Source of the DNA: Neocallimastix sp. 'constans'
Lineage: Eukaryota
Reading direction: 5' to 3'
Length of the DNA: 64,000 nt
Assembly: GCA_050613775.1 (NCBI GenBank)
Contig: JBODTK010000101.1
Location: 496,001 to 560,000, forward strand
The position numbers and the translations under genes are program-made. The notes below the pieces were generated by a model, which saw only the letters and a list, made by a program, of their open reading frames with translations, did no database searches and was not told the origin of the DNA. Shown here piece after piece: positions 47,184-58,465 of the stretch (its first letter is position 1; the number at the start of each line of letters is the position of its first letter).

Positions 47184-48800
47184 TTATTTATATTTGTATA
47201 ATAAACTATTTCTAAAATTTTGCATTTTATATTTATTTAAAAATTTCGTCAGACCATCTGCTTTATTATCTTTTGATTCTATGTATTCGAGTTCTACTTT
47301 TTTTTCTTTTATTAATTCTCTGATTTTATGATATTTAATGTCAATGTGTTTTGATCTTGGGTTTATTGTATTATTTTCAGCGTTATATATTGCTGCTTGG
47401 TTGTCAATGTAAATTTTTATGCATTCTCTTTGATCCTTTATTTCTCCTAAAATGTTTCTATACCATAAAGCTTGTTTCGCACATTCACATAGTCCATAAT
47501 ATTCGGCTTCTGCGGTGGAGGTAGCTACACACTTTTGGAGCTTTGAGTACCAACTAGTTGGACCTGAACCCATAAAATAGATAAAACCTGTCGTAGACCT
47601 TCTCGTTTCTTTATTATTAGCATAATCTGAATCGACATACGTTTTTAGACATTTTTCTCCATTAAATAAAATACCGTAATATTTTGCTCCTTTTAAATAT
47701 CTGAATATTTGTATTACGTTTTTCCAATCTTTTACCTTTGGTTCTTTGCAATGTTGAGCTACTCTATTCACAGAAAACATAATATCTGGTCTTGTACAGA
47801 TAGCCAGATATATTAAACTTCCTACGGCGGACTTATACGTTGTTGGATCAAATAATTCTTCATCATCTTCTTTATCAGATAAATTTGGTTCAGTAGTTCC
47901 TATTTCTTTACAATCTTTTAGTCCAAATTTTTCGAGTATGTCTTCCAAATATCTTTCTTGATGTAAAAGGTAACCATTAGGAATCCTTTCTATTTTTATA
48001 CCTATAATAAAATTTGCTTTACCAATATCAGTTACAGAGTATTTTTCTTTAATTAGTCTTACTGTTTTATTAATTTCATCATCTTTACCTGTAATTAATA
48101 AATCATCTACGTATACTCCTATAACACACACAAGTTTATTATCTTTTTTCTTAATAAAAATACACGGTTCACTGACTAATTCATAGAATCCCAAATGTTT
48201 TAAAGTAGTACTAATATTATTATTCCATTCTCTTGCAGCCTGTTTTAGTCCATATAAAGCCTTTTGTAACTTAAAATATCCTTTTCCAAAATTTGGATCT
48301 CCTTCAGGTATCTTCATAAAAATGTCTTCCTTCAAATCGGCATATAGATAAGCTGCCTTTATATCCATTTGGTGAATGTTAAAATTGTTTTCTGCAGCAA
48401 TAGATATTATTATTCTTAATGAATCCTGCTTTAGTGTTGGTGAAAAAGTTTCTTTATAATCTTCTCCATATTCCTGGGTATAGCCTCTTGCTACTAGCCT
48501 TGCTTTATATTTATCGATTTTTCCTTCACTATCTCTTTTAATTTTGAAAACCCACCTGGAATCGATTATATTAGCGCCTTCAGGAACCTTTTCAATCTTT
48601 TTAAATACTTTCCTTTCTTTCATATTATTTAATTCGTTTTCTATAGCACTTATCCATTTATCTTTGTCTTTTCTTTTAAAAATTTCCATATATGAATTTG
48701 GTTCTCTGATTTGGTTAATTGTCGTTAAACATTCCGTTTTTCTCTTATTACTGTTCTCTTGTATTTCTCCTCTATAGTCACTTACGTTAATTCCTTCCAC
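47184..48800 (-). CDS. Copia reverse transcriptase-RNase H
   Basis: Motifs YKARLVARGYTQ, HQMDIKAAYL, LYGLKQAAREW, VYVDDLL, YVDSDYA, STAEAEY, RSKHIDIKYH and ADGLTK. Confidence 0.97.
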   Translation of the reverse strand: MEGINVSDYRGEIQENSNKRKTECLTTINQIREPNSYMEIFKRKDKDKWISAIENELNNMKERKVFKKIEKVPEGANIIDSRWVFKIKRDSEGKIDKYKARLVARGYTQEYGEDYKETFSPTLKQDSLRIIISIAAENNFNIHQMDIKAAYLYADLKEDIFMKIPEGDPNFGKGYFKLQKALYGLKQAAREWNNNISTTLKHLGFYELVSEPCIFIKKKDNKLVCVIGVYVDDLLITGKDDEINKTVRLIKEKYSVTDIGKANFIIGIKIERIPNGYLLHQERYLEDILEKFGLKDCKEIGTTEPNLSDKEDDEELFDPTTYKSAVGSLIYLAICTRPDIMFSVNRVAQHCKEPKVKDWKNVIQIFRYLKGAKYYGILFNGEKCLKTYVDSDYANNKETRRSTTGFIYFMGSGPTSWYSKLQKCVATSTAEAEYYGLCECAKQALWYRNILGEIKDQRECIKIYIDNQAAIYNAENNTINPRSKHIDIKYHKIRELIKEKKVELEYIESKDNKADGLTKFLNKYKMQNFRNSLLYKYK

Positions 48801-48837
48801 ATTTCCTCTACATTTGTATTTACATTAGCATTTTTAT

Positions 48838-49366
48838 TTAAACTTTTAACCTTTCTTTTTCCTTTATGCATTTTTTATTTTTATTAAAATTTAGCGAATC
48901 ATTATTAATTATTTTAAACTTTTCAAAATTTTTATTATTGTCCATTTTTGATTCATTAATTTTATTTTTTGAATTAATTAAATTATTTTTTAATTTATAC
49001 GATTTTAATAAATTTTTATCTTTTGAAAATTTTTTATTGTCTTTATTTTTAAAAGTTAAATGTAAATTAGATTTTTGATTATTTTCTGAATAATTATTTT
49101 TTATATTAATTTTATATTTATTTATAACTTCTACATGATTTATTTTAGGATTTTTATCAAACTTTACAGGATTTTTGTCAGGATTTTCAGGATTTTTATT
49201 TTCAATTATTTTGTTTTCAGGATATATTTGATTCATTAGGTTTGTATTATTTTTCGTATTATTTGTTTTTATTTTTATTTCCCTTGAATTCTTATTTTTT
49301 AATTTTGAATTGCTTGAATGATTTTCGGCATTAACTTTATTTGGATTAATTTCTAAACTAATTTCT

Positions 49367-49397
<31 letters not shown>

Positions 49398-50606
49398 TAT
49401 TATTATTATTATTATTATTATTTGGAATAATATTTTTAACAATTTGTTTATTGTTATTTTCAAAAATTTCTTTGTTTACATCTAAATGAGAACACTCTTC
49501 ATTGGGATTATTTTCACTCAAATTATTTTCAATCAAATTATTTTCACTCAAATTATTTTTACTCAAATTGTTTTCAGTTGAATTATTATTATTTGAAGTA
49601 TTTTCAACTAAATTTTTATTTAAATTATTTTCAATTAAAATATTTTTATTTGAATTATCTTCAATTATAATGTTTTCTTTTAAATTAAACGCGTCATTTT
49701 CATTATTTTTGTTTATAATGGTAATTTCTTCTTTATCATAGTCATCTAATTTCAATATCTCTTTACCTTTATCTTTGTTTTTATTTATAATAGATACTTT
49801 TTCGCCGTTAATACTTTCTCCCTTACCTTTATTAAAATAAATATCTTCGTTAACATTTCTATTTAGAATAACTTCACTATTATTATTGATTAATTTATTC
49901 CTTTCATTAATAATATTTATATTGTTTTTAATATTGTTTTCTTCGTTATAGTTCTGTTTACTTGTTGAACTTTCTTCTAATTTTTTTTTCTGTTTTGCTT
50001 CACCTAACGAAAGCGTGTTCGTTTTTGTATTACCGTGCTTTATCAACGTGTTTATGTTCTCAAGTTTCTCTTCTATTAATTTAAATTTATTCTCAAGATG
50101 TTCTTTTTCTTTTTGACTTAATGAAAGACTTTCTTCTTCTTTATCTTTATTGATATCATTTTTTGAATTATTTGGAATATCTTGAATGTCTAAATTGACA
50201 ATATCTTCTTTTACTGTTCGTTCATTGTTATTATCTCTTTGACTCCTGTTCTCTTCATTGTTCTCTTCTTGAGGATCTTCTTCTATTTCTTTATTTTCTT
50301 GAATAATATTAATTATGTCATTTCTGTTGTAGTAATTTCTTTCTTCTAAGTTATTCATTAATGTGTCTTCATCTTGCGTTTCGGTTTCTTCATTTTCATA
50401 TCTCCTTGCTTCAGATACATAATCAAAGTTAAAGTTACCTGGCTGATCTTCAAGAAATTCTACCACAAGTTTCACATATATTTTCATTTTATCAATATCG
50501 AATATTCTGTACCCTGTTGAGTCTTCGTCGTATCCCAGAAAGATTCCTTTTCTTGAATTACTCCTAAATTTTTCTGGATTTACTTCATAATTGTAACAAA
50601 TCTTAA
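48838..50606 (-). pseudogene. Copia integrase C-terminus (SH3-like region) plus a long Asn-rich spacer, out of frame with RT
   Basis: KFRSNSRKGIFLGYDEDSTGYRIFD is followed by over 500 low-complexity codons. The ORF-track start at 50655 lies inside the nested LTR and is spurious. Confidence 0.85.
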
Positions 50607-52330
50607 TGTTACTTAAGATTGTTATAAGGTTTTTTACACAAAAGGTTCTCGACACTAAAGTAATTCAAAATATGTTTTATTAAAATAAGTTTTTTTATTA
50701 GTAAAAATATAAATTATTATTTTATTAATTAATCATTGTAATATTTTAAATTACTTTAAAATTAATTAATAAAAGCACAAGTAAAAATATTTTATTATGA
50801 AATTTTACACCTATTTATAGTTTTTCAGGAAAATTAATTATTTTAAGTTATCAGTTGTTATTAGTAATTATTAGAAATAAAAGAAAATTAAAGAAAATTA
50901 AAGAAAACAAGTTTTCTTTCTAGAAAATGAATCTTAGATAAAAAATGATAAAAAATATTAATAAAATAGATTTTTCTAGTTTTATCGGTTCAATTGTTTA
51001 ACCGATAAACACTAGTAATTTCTTTAATATTCTAGTTATAATAAATAAAAAGTTATTAAAATTTGGAAAGAGTGGATGTCGAACCCTAAGGGTTCAGCCC
51101 GATGGTTATGGTAACTTACCATTGAACCATAGTTACTAATTTACTAGTTATGAGTTTCGTTACATGGTCCTCCTCTAGGATTCGGATACCAGACGAATCT
51201 CAAAGCTAGGCTAAACTATACTAAGAAAATTTTATTTAATTATTTTAATATATAAATTATTTTAATAGTTATTTGGTGTAAAATTTCAATACATGATAAA
51301 CATAAAAATACATTATTAATAATAAGGTTACATGAATTTAAATAATATTTATATTAATAAGTAAAAATAATAAAGATTATTGATATTAATATTAAAAGAA
51401 ATAAATTTGATATTAATAAATATAAATTTTTGTATAATTAATATTATAGATTCATTTTCTAAATATAAGTTTATTTGTTTGATTTATTAAATTTTTTGAG
51501 TATTTCTGGACAGTTGAGGTTTTCTTCCGGTTCCCAAGATGCTTCAGATAAAGGATATCCTTTCCACTTAATAAGATATTGAATCTTTCCATAATGTTTT
51601 CTTTTATCAAGTATTTCTTCTACTTCATATTCTTCTTCATCATTAACTATAATTGGAGGTGGAGGTTCCTTTTTTCTTTTAAAATTGTCTTTGTAGTAGG
51701 GCTCAAGTTCTGATACATGGATAATTGGGTGTATTCTTATATTTTTTGGAAAATCAATTTTGTATGTTACTGGAGAGACTTTTTCAATTATTTTATAAGG
51801 TCCTAACTTTCTTGGTTTTAATTTTTTATTTTTATTTCTTAATATGAGTGAACTGTTTATCCAAACTTTGTCGTTTACTTTGAATTCAGGTGCTTTAATT
51901 CTGTGTTGGTTGGCGAATTTTTCTTGTTTATTTCTTGCTTGTTTTAAATTTTCTTTTAATTGTTTGAAAAGTTCCGCTAAGTTTGTTGTAAATTCTTCAG
52001 CACGCGGAACATCAATAGAACTTGGCACAGCTGGTGAGAAGCGAGGGTTGTAACCATAATTTGCGTAGAAAGGTGATTTATTTAATGATTCTTGAATAGA
52101 ATTGTTGTAGCAGAATTCAGCAAGGAATAGATAATTATGCCAATTTGAACCTTTAAAATTAGAGTAACATCTGAGAAATTGTTCTACCACGGAGTTCACC
52201 CTCTCCGTTAAACCGTTAGTTTGATGGTGAAAGGGAGAAGAAAGTTTCATTGAGATATTGAGAGTTTTGCAAATAGAAGTCCAGAATTTAGAAGTGAATT
52301 GAGTACCTCTATCGGAAAGAATTTCATTTT
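50607..52330 (-). mobile_element. Nested 5'-truncated Ty3/gypsy chromovirus (integrase C-terminus, chromodomain, PPT and 3' LTR)
   Basis: ORF 51471-~52330 contains [24 protein letters not shown], a GPY motif and the chromodomain [43 protein letters not shown]-like AGAGGAGGACCA at 51165-51176. LTR 50607-51164 reads TGTAAC...GTAACA on the minus strand. Confidence 0.92.
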
Positions 52331-52929
52331 TATTAGTTATTAACTGCAAAATAGTTAATAACAACTACATTTTTTTTAATAGAATAATTTTACATGTATT
52401 TATATTTTTTCTTAATTATATTATAATATACTATTTCTATTTATTTAAACATATATTCAATATAAAATAAACAAAAACTAATCTAAAATTAAATAAAGTT
52501 ATAAAAAACTAAAACTAATTCAATAAGCTTTTTATTCAATTTGTTTTGACTCAAATTGAATAAGTTCTTATTTATTATTTATTTATTATTCTTTTATTAT
52601 TAATACTATTAATTATATATTACTATTTAATTTTTATGATTATTAAACTAAACTAAAATTAAACTAAACTAAAATTAAACTAAACTAAAATTATTAAAAT
52701 ATTTTATTACTAAATTTTAGGTTATTTAAAAATTAATTTTATATTTTTAAATTTATATATTATATGAAATATTTATTATTAATTTTCATAAATCAATTAA
52801 TTTCATAAATTAATATATTTTACATAATTTAATGCATTAGCATTATTTTGTAAACGTGAATTACATTAAATAATTTAATGTACAAAATAAATTAATTAAT
52901 GTACTAAAGATATTGATCATATCTTTACA
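52330..52929 (-). mobile_element. AT-rich inserted segment, possibly an LTR fragment of a third element
   Basis: It begins abruptly with TG (TGTAAAGAT, minus strand) right after the copia integrase codons ANYVHNR. It does not resemble the other LTRs in the window. Confidence 0.5.
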
Positions 52930-55039
52930 CCTATTATGCACATAATTAGCTGTCTTTAAAGCATCTTCCCAAAATCTTCTTCATAATTGACTATCTATTA
53001 ACATTGCGGTAGCAATTTGGATAAGTACTCCGTTTAGTCTTTCTGCTCTACCGTTTTGTTGAGGATTTCCTGGTACAGTGAATTGTTGCGTGATTCTGTA
53101 TTTGTTGCATATTTCTTTAAAATTATTTGAAGTGAATTCTGTTCCATTATCACTTCTTAAATATATTATATTTGAATTTGTTTTATTTTTAATTTTGATA
53201 TACCATGTTTCAAATACTTGGTATACTTCCGACTTCTTCTTTACTGTAAGGACCCAACCATATCTACTATAATCATCTAAAATAGTCACGAAATAGCAGT
53301 TGCCATAAATTGATGGTGGTGCCGGTCCAACAAGATCTATATGCACTAATTCAAGAATTTTTCTCGAATTATTCTGTGCTTTACCATATGGTTCATTCTT
53401 CATTTTTGCTTGTATATAGATCTCACATTTATCTATTTTGTTTCCATAGGTCAGGTGCCCAATTCTTCGATGCCATAGAATATCATTTCCTTTAGTGTTG
53501 ACGTTATTGCATAGTATATTATTACTTTTAATACATACTTCAAAAACATCATTATCACTAGCTTTAATTTTTGAAATTGTATTAAAATACTTATCTAGGA
53601 TATACGCATATACGTCATCGTATTCCTTTATAAAAACTATTACATATTCATCCCTTGCTAGTTTACTAATCGAAATTAAATTTCTTTTAATATCCGGAAC
53701 ATATAATACTTCCTTTAGCTTTAATAATTCTTTGTTCATATTTCCTTGTATCTCTCCAATGTGTGTTGAGTTGGTTGTATTCCCATTTGCATAATTTATT
53801 TCTTCCACGTGTTCTTCTTCATTCATTAGTATATTTTTGTTTTGAGTCATATGATTAGATGCACCTGAATCTAGAGTCCACCAACTACATTCTACATGAT
53901 TTTTAGTTACGTTATTATTAAATACATTATTGCATTGTTTTGTATTGCCACTACATGGATTTTCAAAAGAAGTGTTATAATCCAGAACAAATAAATCATT
54001 AAGATTTAATTTATCATTGTCTGTTTCTGTTATTGTCATATTGGCCTGTTTTTTGTTTACCTTGCCTCCCTTGTTTCTTGGCGAATTCTTGTGACATCTT
54101 CCTTTTAATCTTGCAATCTCTTTCAAAATGACCAAATCTGTGGCAAAAGAAACATTAAATATTAGAATTAGTTTTTCTACCTTCTCCATTACTTTTTTCA
54201 TAATTTCTTTTTGGATATCTTCTAAAGTCTTGATTTACTCCTTTTCCTTTTCCTTGGCTTTGGGTCGTAGTGCTGAATACATATTGTATTCCTATCATCT
54301 TTCCTTTTTTCCTTTCTTCGACTTTCTTGAGTCGTTCTACTAGCCCTAATGTATATTCTTTACAGCTTTTCCAGTCTTTTTGATCAAAAATATTTACGCT
54401 TTGATATTCTTCTGGTAAAGAGTTAAATAATAGTAATTTCTTTTCCTCATCTGTAACTACAACATTCATATATTCTATCATATTAATATTCTTACTTAAT
54501 TTTGTTAAAAATCTTGAAAAGCTTGTTTTGGGGTTGTATCTTAAAGCATTAGTTTCATCGATTAATTGATTTCTCCTTGTCACATCATCTCCAATATGAA
54601 TTTGTTGTAACGTTTGCCAAATTTGATAACCAGTAAGAGATGGATCTTGAATATCTTGTTGTGTTTTTGGTCCCAACGTGCTTCTTATTAAACTTTTTAA
54701 ACTGGCATCTGTTTTTAAATCCTCTTTTGTCACTGATTCTCCATATTTCATTTTGTACTCATATGGAGCAATTAAATCATTTATACTTTCTGTTCCACTA
54801 ACTATGGGAACTTTTGGAGTATGATCTATATCGACCCATTCTTCGAGATCATAGTATTGTAAGATACCTCTCATGAATAGTTGCCAGGTTATGATGTTAT
54901 TACTGTCTAATTCATATATAACTTTTCCTATTAGGACAGAGGGATCAAATCTTTTGATTTAAGGAATATTATTATCCATAGTAGTAATGGTACTAGAAGT
55001 AGCATTTTCTGTTGATCGTTTTAAAGTATTTTTACTCAT
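52930..55039 (-). pseudogene. Copia gag-protease-integrase with stops and a frameshift
   Basis: ATG at 55039. Stops at 54959-54961, 54155-54157 and 52981-52983. CCHC knuckle CFFCHRFGHFERDC follows the 54155 stop. Further motifs: WTLDSGASNHM, LWHRRIGH, VHIDLVGP, RSDNGTEF, PQQNGRAERLN and FWEDALKTANYVHNR. Confidence 0.95.
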
Positions 55040-55134
55040 TTTGAATTTTAAATATTTTAATTTTTTTTTTTTATTTACTTATTTAAAAATTGAAATTGAA
55101 TGATTTTTCAACGAAGTAAAATTATAATGAGTCA

Positions 55135-55149
55135 ATGAGATTCTTAATC
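55135..55149 (-). other. Copia primer-binding site complementary to a tRNA-Lys(CUU) anticodon arm
   Basis: The minus strand reads GATTAAGAATCTCAT immediately after the LTR-terminal CA, with no TGG. The plus strand ATGAGATTCTTAATC resembles the tRNA-Lys(CUU) arm ...GACTCTTAATC. Confidence 0.7.
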
Positions 55150-55331
55150 TGTTAAAATTTAATTTATTAATATATAAAAATAAAGAAAACAAACACTCGA
55201 ACGTACAAAACTCAATTAAACAATTGGGTTTATGAAATAATAATTTTATTAATAAATATTAAAATAATATATCTACATTAAACAATGTAAATTTTTATAA
55301 AACTTCAAAAATCAATAAATCAAGAAAAGAA

Positions 55332-55363
<32 letters not shown>

Positions 55364-55959
55364 CGGTTTAAAATAAAATATTAATAATTACTAAATAAAT
55401 ACATTTTACATTGATATTTGTACTACATATTATTTATTTATTTTTTAATATTAAATGTATTTATTATTTCACATATTATTCACAATTTGTTTCATTTTCA
55501 TTGATATAATTGATATACTTAAGTATATTAATTAAGAAAAGATTATTTCAATATTATTTTACCGTAATATAATAATAAAATAAAATAAAATAATAATAAT
55601 AATAAAAAAAAAAAAAAAAAAAAAAAAAAGATTTTCTACAAAATGGCATGTCTTGATAATTGTGTAACAATTGCTTTATTTTTTTAAGTATTAATAAATA
55701 ATTAAGCTAATAATTATATTACAATTATATACTCTAAAAATAATAAAATTATATGTGTCATAAATTTATTAATATTTTTTTTTTTTTTATTACTTTTAAA
55801 GAAGCTGTTTGTATATTTTTCAAACTAACAAAAATTTTTTATAAAAAAAAAAAACAAATAAAGATAAAAAAGAAATTAAAAAGATTTTTTAAAAAAAAAT
55901 AAATAACATTTTTTTTTATTTAAAAAAATAAAAAATAAAAAAAAAAAAAAAAAAAAAGA

Positions 55960-56181
55960 ATTTTAAAATTATTAGTTCCATTATTCTTTTACTTTGTTTA
56001 GGTTTAAAGATCTTTGTTGGTCCAGTTATTACAGAAGCTTTTGATAATAGAACTTCTTCTCTTAAAGAAGTTGATTTATATGATGATGTTGTTATAGTTA
56101 CTGAAATATTTTCTGAGAATGAAATTATTTCATCAACTAACATCATAGATAATATTGAAAAAGAATATTCAATATTATGAC

Positions 56182-56217
<36 letters not shown>

Positions 56218-57720
56218 TTTAAAAAATTAAAAAATAATTTGAACATTTGCATGAAAAAGGTAAAAAGTAAGATATCTCCAAATGAACATTTAACTAATTT
56301 TGTTAATAATTTGAATATTACTAAAAAGCAAAGAAAACTTTAAAGATCCAGAAGTATTAACTTATTATTTGTTAAACTTCAAACTAAGTTTATTGATATA
56401 TTTGTCAAAGCTAATACAGAAAGAAAAACTAGTATTAATAGATCGTTCAATTACTGATATATTTCAAGGAATTCTATAACAATTTATTAGTATAAATAAT
56501 AGTTAACTTGTTTGAATTATTAATATTCGGTAAATAAGGAGTATTTTATTAAAAATATTATAAAGAATAATATTAAGGATATTATAATTAATATTCTTGG
56601 AAATAAAACTAATATTAAGTTAATTGTTAAAAGAATTTATGAAAACTAATAAAAAATAACTTATATTATATCAAAGATAATTTGACGTATAAAATCATGA
56701 CAAATGAAAACTGAAAATTTTGAAGCTCTAAAGATGATTGAATTAAATTAAAAAAATTTATTTATTAATTGGGATAATTATAGAAAAAAAAATATCTGAA
56801 TACTATAATTTGAGTGAATTAAGTAAATGATGATATAATTTATAATCCATACCAAAGTTTATATGAGAAATACAATAAAATAATTAATGAAATGACAAGT
56901 ATTTTTATTGGACTGTCATCAATATAAATTCATTTAATGATTATGTTTCAGAAGATATTCTTATGATAAAAAAATATATATATAACAAAAAGATAAATAA
57001 AATCCAATCAACTTTTTATTCAGATGAAACGAATGAATCAAGTTCTCTTGAAGCTGACTTTAATAATATTAGTCTTAACGACTATCCTGCTATTTCATAT
57101 TTAATAAATAAAAAATATTAAAGGTTTTTATAAAAGAGATAAAATCAGAACTGAAGAAAATGATACATATTCTATCTGTTTTTCATTTATGGAGAGGGTT
57201 GTACTTTTGGCTATACCTAAATATTATATTCAAAAAAACTTTAGTGATAATTTTAAAGATGAAATAAATAAAGAAAAAAGTTTAATAATATTAAGGAAGT
57301 TATGACTAATAGAATTCCTAAAAATAGAATAGCTTCTGATGAAACTAGAAACTACGTTAATGAAAAAGATTCCAAGATGCAAGATAAAACTGCTTATCCT
57401 GATGATATCATAATCCCAGAATAAAAAAAAAAAAAAAAAAAAGCTTGTAGAAATTGGTAGCATATTTGAATTAATTGCTAAAACCAATTCTTTAAAATTT
57501 GAAAAAAAAAAATTTTATTAATGTTGATAAATGATTAATAAGTCCAAATACTACTAATACTTACAATAATGGTGAGAGTAATGTTATTTTATAATCAAAG
57601 AGTGTAAATAAGTATAAAAATTTTTTTTTATCATGACAAAAATCAATAATATTAATATCATACATTAAAATTTATAGAAAACCTTTACTATGACAAATGA
57701 AAAACTTCTCAAACAATACT
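55960..57720 (+). pseudogene. Decayed coding-like relic, family not identified (possibly an old retroelement)
   Basis: Slightly GC-richer stretch with short protein-like fragments (e.g. DETRNYVNEKDSKMQDKTAYPDDIIIP) broken by stops and A-runs. Confidence 0.3.
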
Positions 57721-58093
57721 AAATAAATATATAAATGAAAAAAAGGTTCTTATAAAAAAAAAAAAATAATAATAATAAAATAATTTGTATAAAATTATAC
57801 AGCTAAACAAGTTTTAATAAATTTATTTTTTCTATATAAATATATATAAATGTATAATTATTTTTATTTTATTGTATTTATTAATTAAAAAATTATACAA
57901 TTATTATTATTATTACTATTAATATTGAATTTTTATTATGTATATATATAAAAACTTCTTGATTCTTTTTATTATTTTAATATTAATTACAATAATAAAA
58001 AGAAACAAGAAGTTTTTATTTTTAGTATAAATTTAAATATAGAAACGAATCAAAAAATAAAAATTTTAGTATAATTTTAAATATAATAATAAT

Positions 58094-58465
58094 AATAATA
58101 AAACTTTCATTGTTATTATTATTAATTCATTTTTATAATATTTCCAATTTTATATGTTAAATAGAAAATATAAATTTAAGGGAATAAAAAACATTTTTAT
58201 TTATGCTTCTTTAAGAGGATTAATAATATAATAATAATATTAATACATGACTATTTAATTTAATAATTTAAGATATTAATAATAAAACTTTCATTGTTAC
58301 TATTATTAATTCATTTTTATATTATTTCCAATATTATATGTTAAATAAAAAATATAAATTTAAGGGAATAAAAAACATTTTTATTTATGCTTCTTTAAGA
58401 GGACTAATAATAATATAATAATGTTAATACATGACTATTTAATTTAATTAATAATTTAAGATATT
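58094..58465. repeat. Tandem duplication with a unit of about 185 bp
   Basis: aataataaaactttcattg...aagggaataaaaaacatttttatttatgcttctttaagagga...catgactatttaattt...aagatatt occurs twice, at about 58094 and 58278. Confidence 0.9.

Larger units (their letters stand above)
46854..55471 (-). mobile_element. Ty1/copia LTR retrotransposon, defective, interrupted by a nested insertion
   Basis: LTRs 55150-55471 and 46854-47161 (TG...CA) differ by about one substitution plus homopolymer length. PPT AGGAGGAAAG at 47162-47171 on the minus strand. Domain order is gag-PR-IN-RT-RH. Confidence 0.97.

Noticed and set aside
51065..51140. Possible tRNA gene on the minus strand
   Set aside because: I could not build an acceptor stem or anticodon arm. 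It is kept only as a low-interest structural observation.
46852..55473. Alternative copia boundaries TGTG...CACA with a TATT 4-bp duplication
   Set aside because: The extra dinucleotides are not shared by the inner LTR ends, and a TATT match is likely by chance in this composition.
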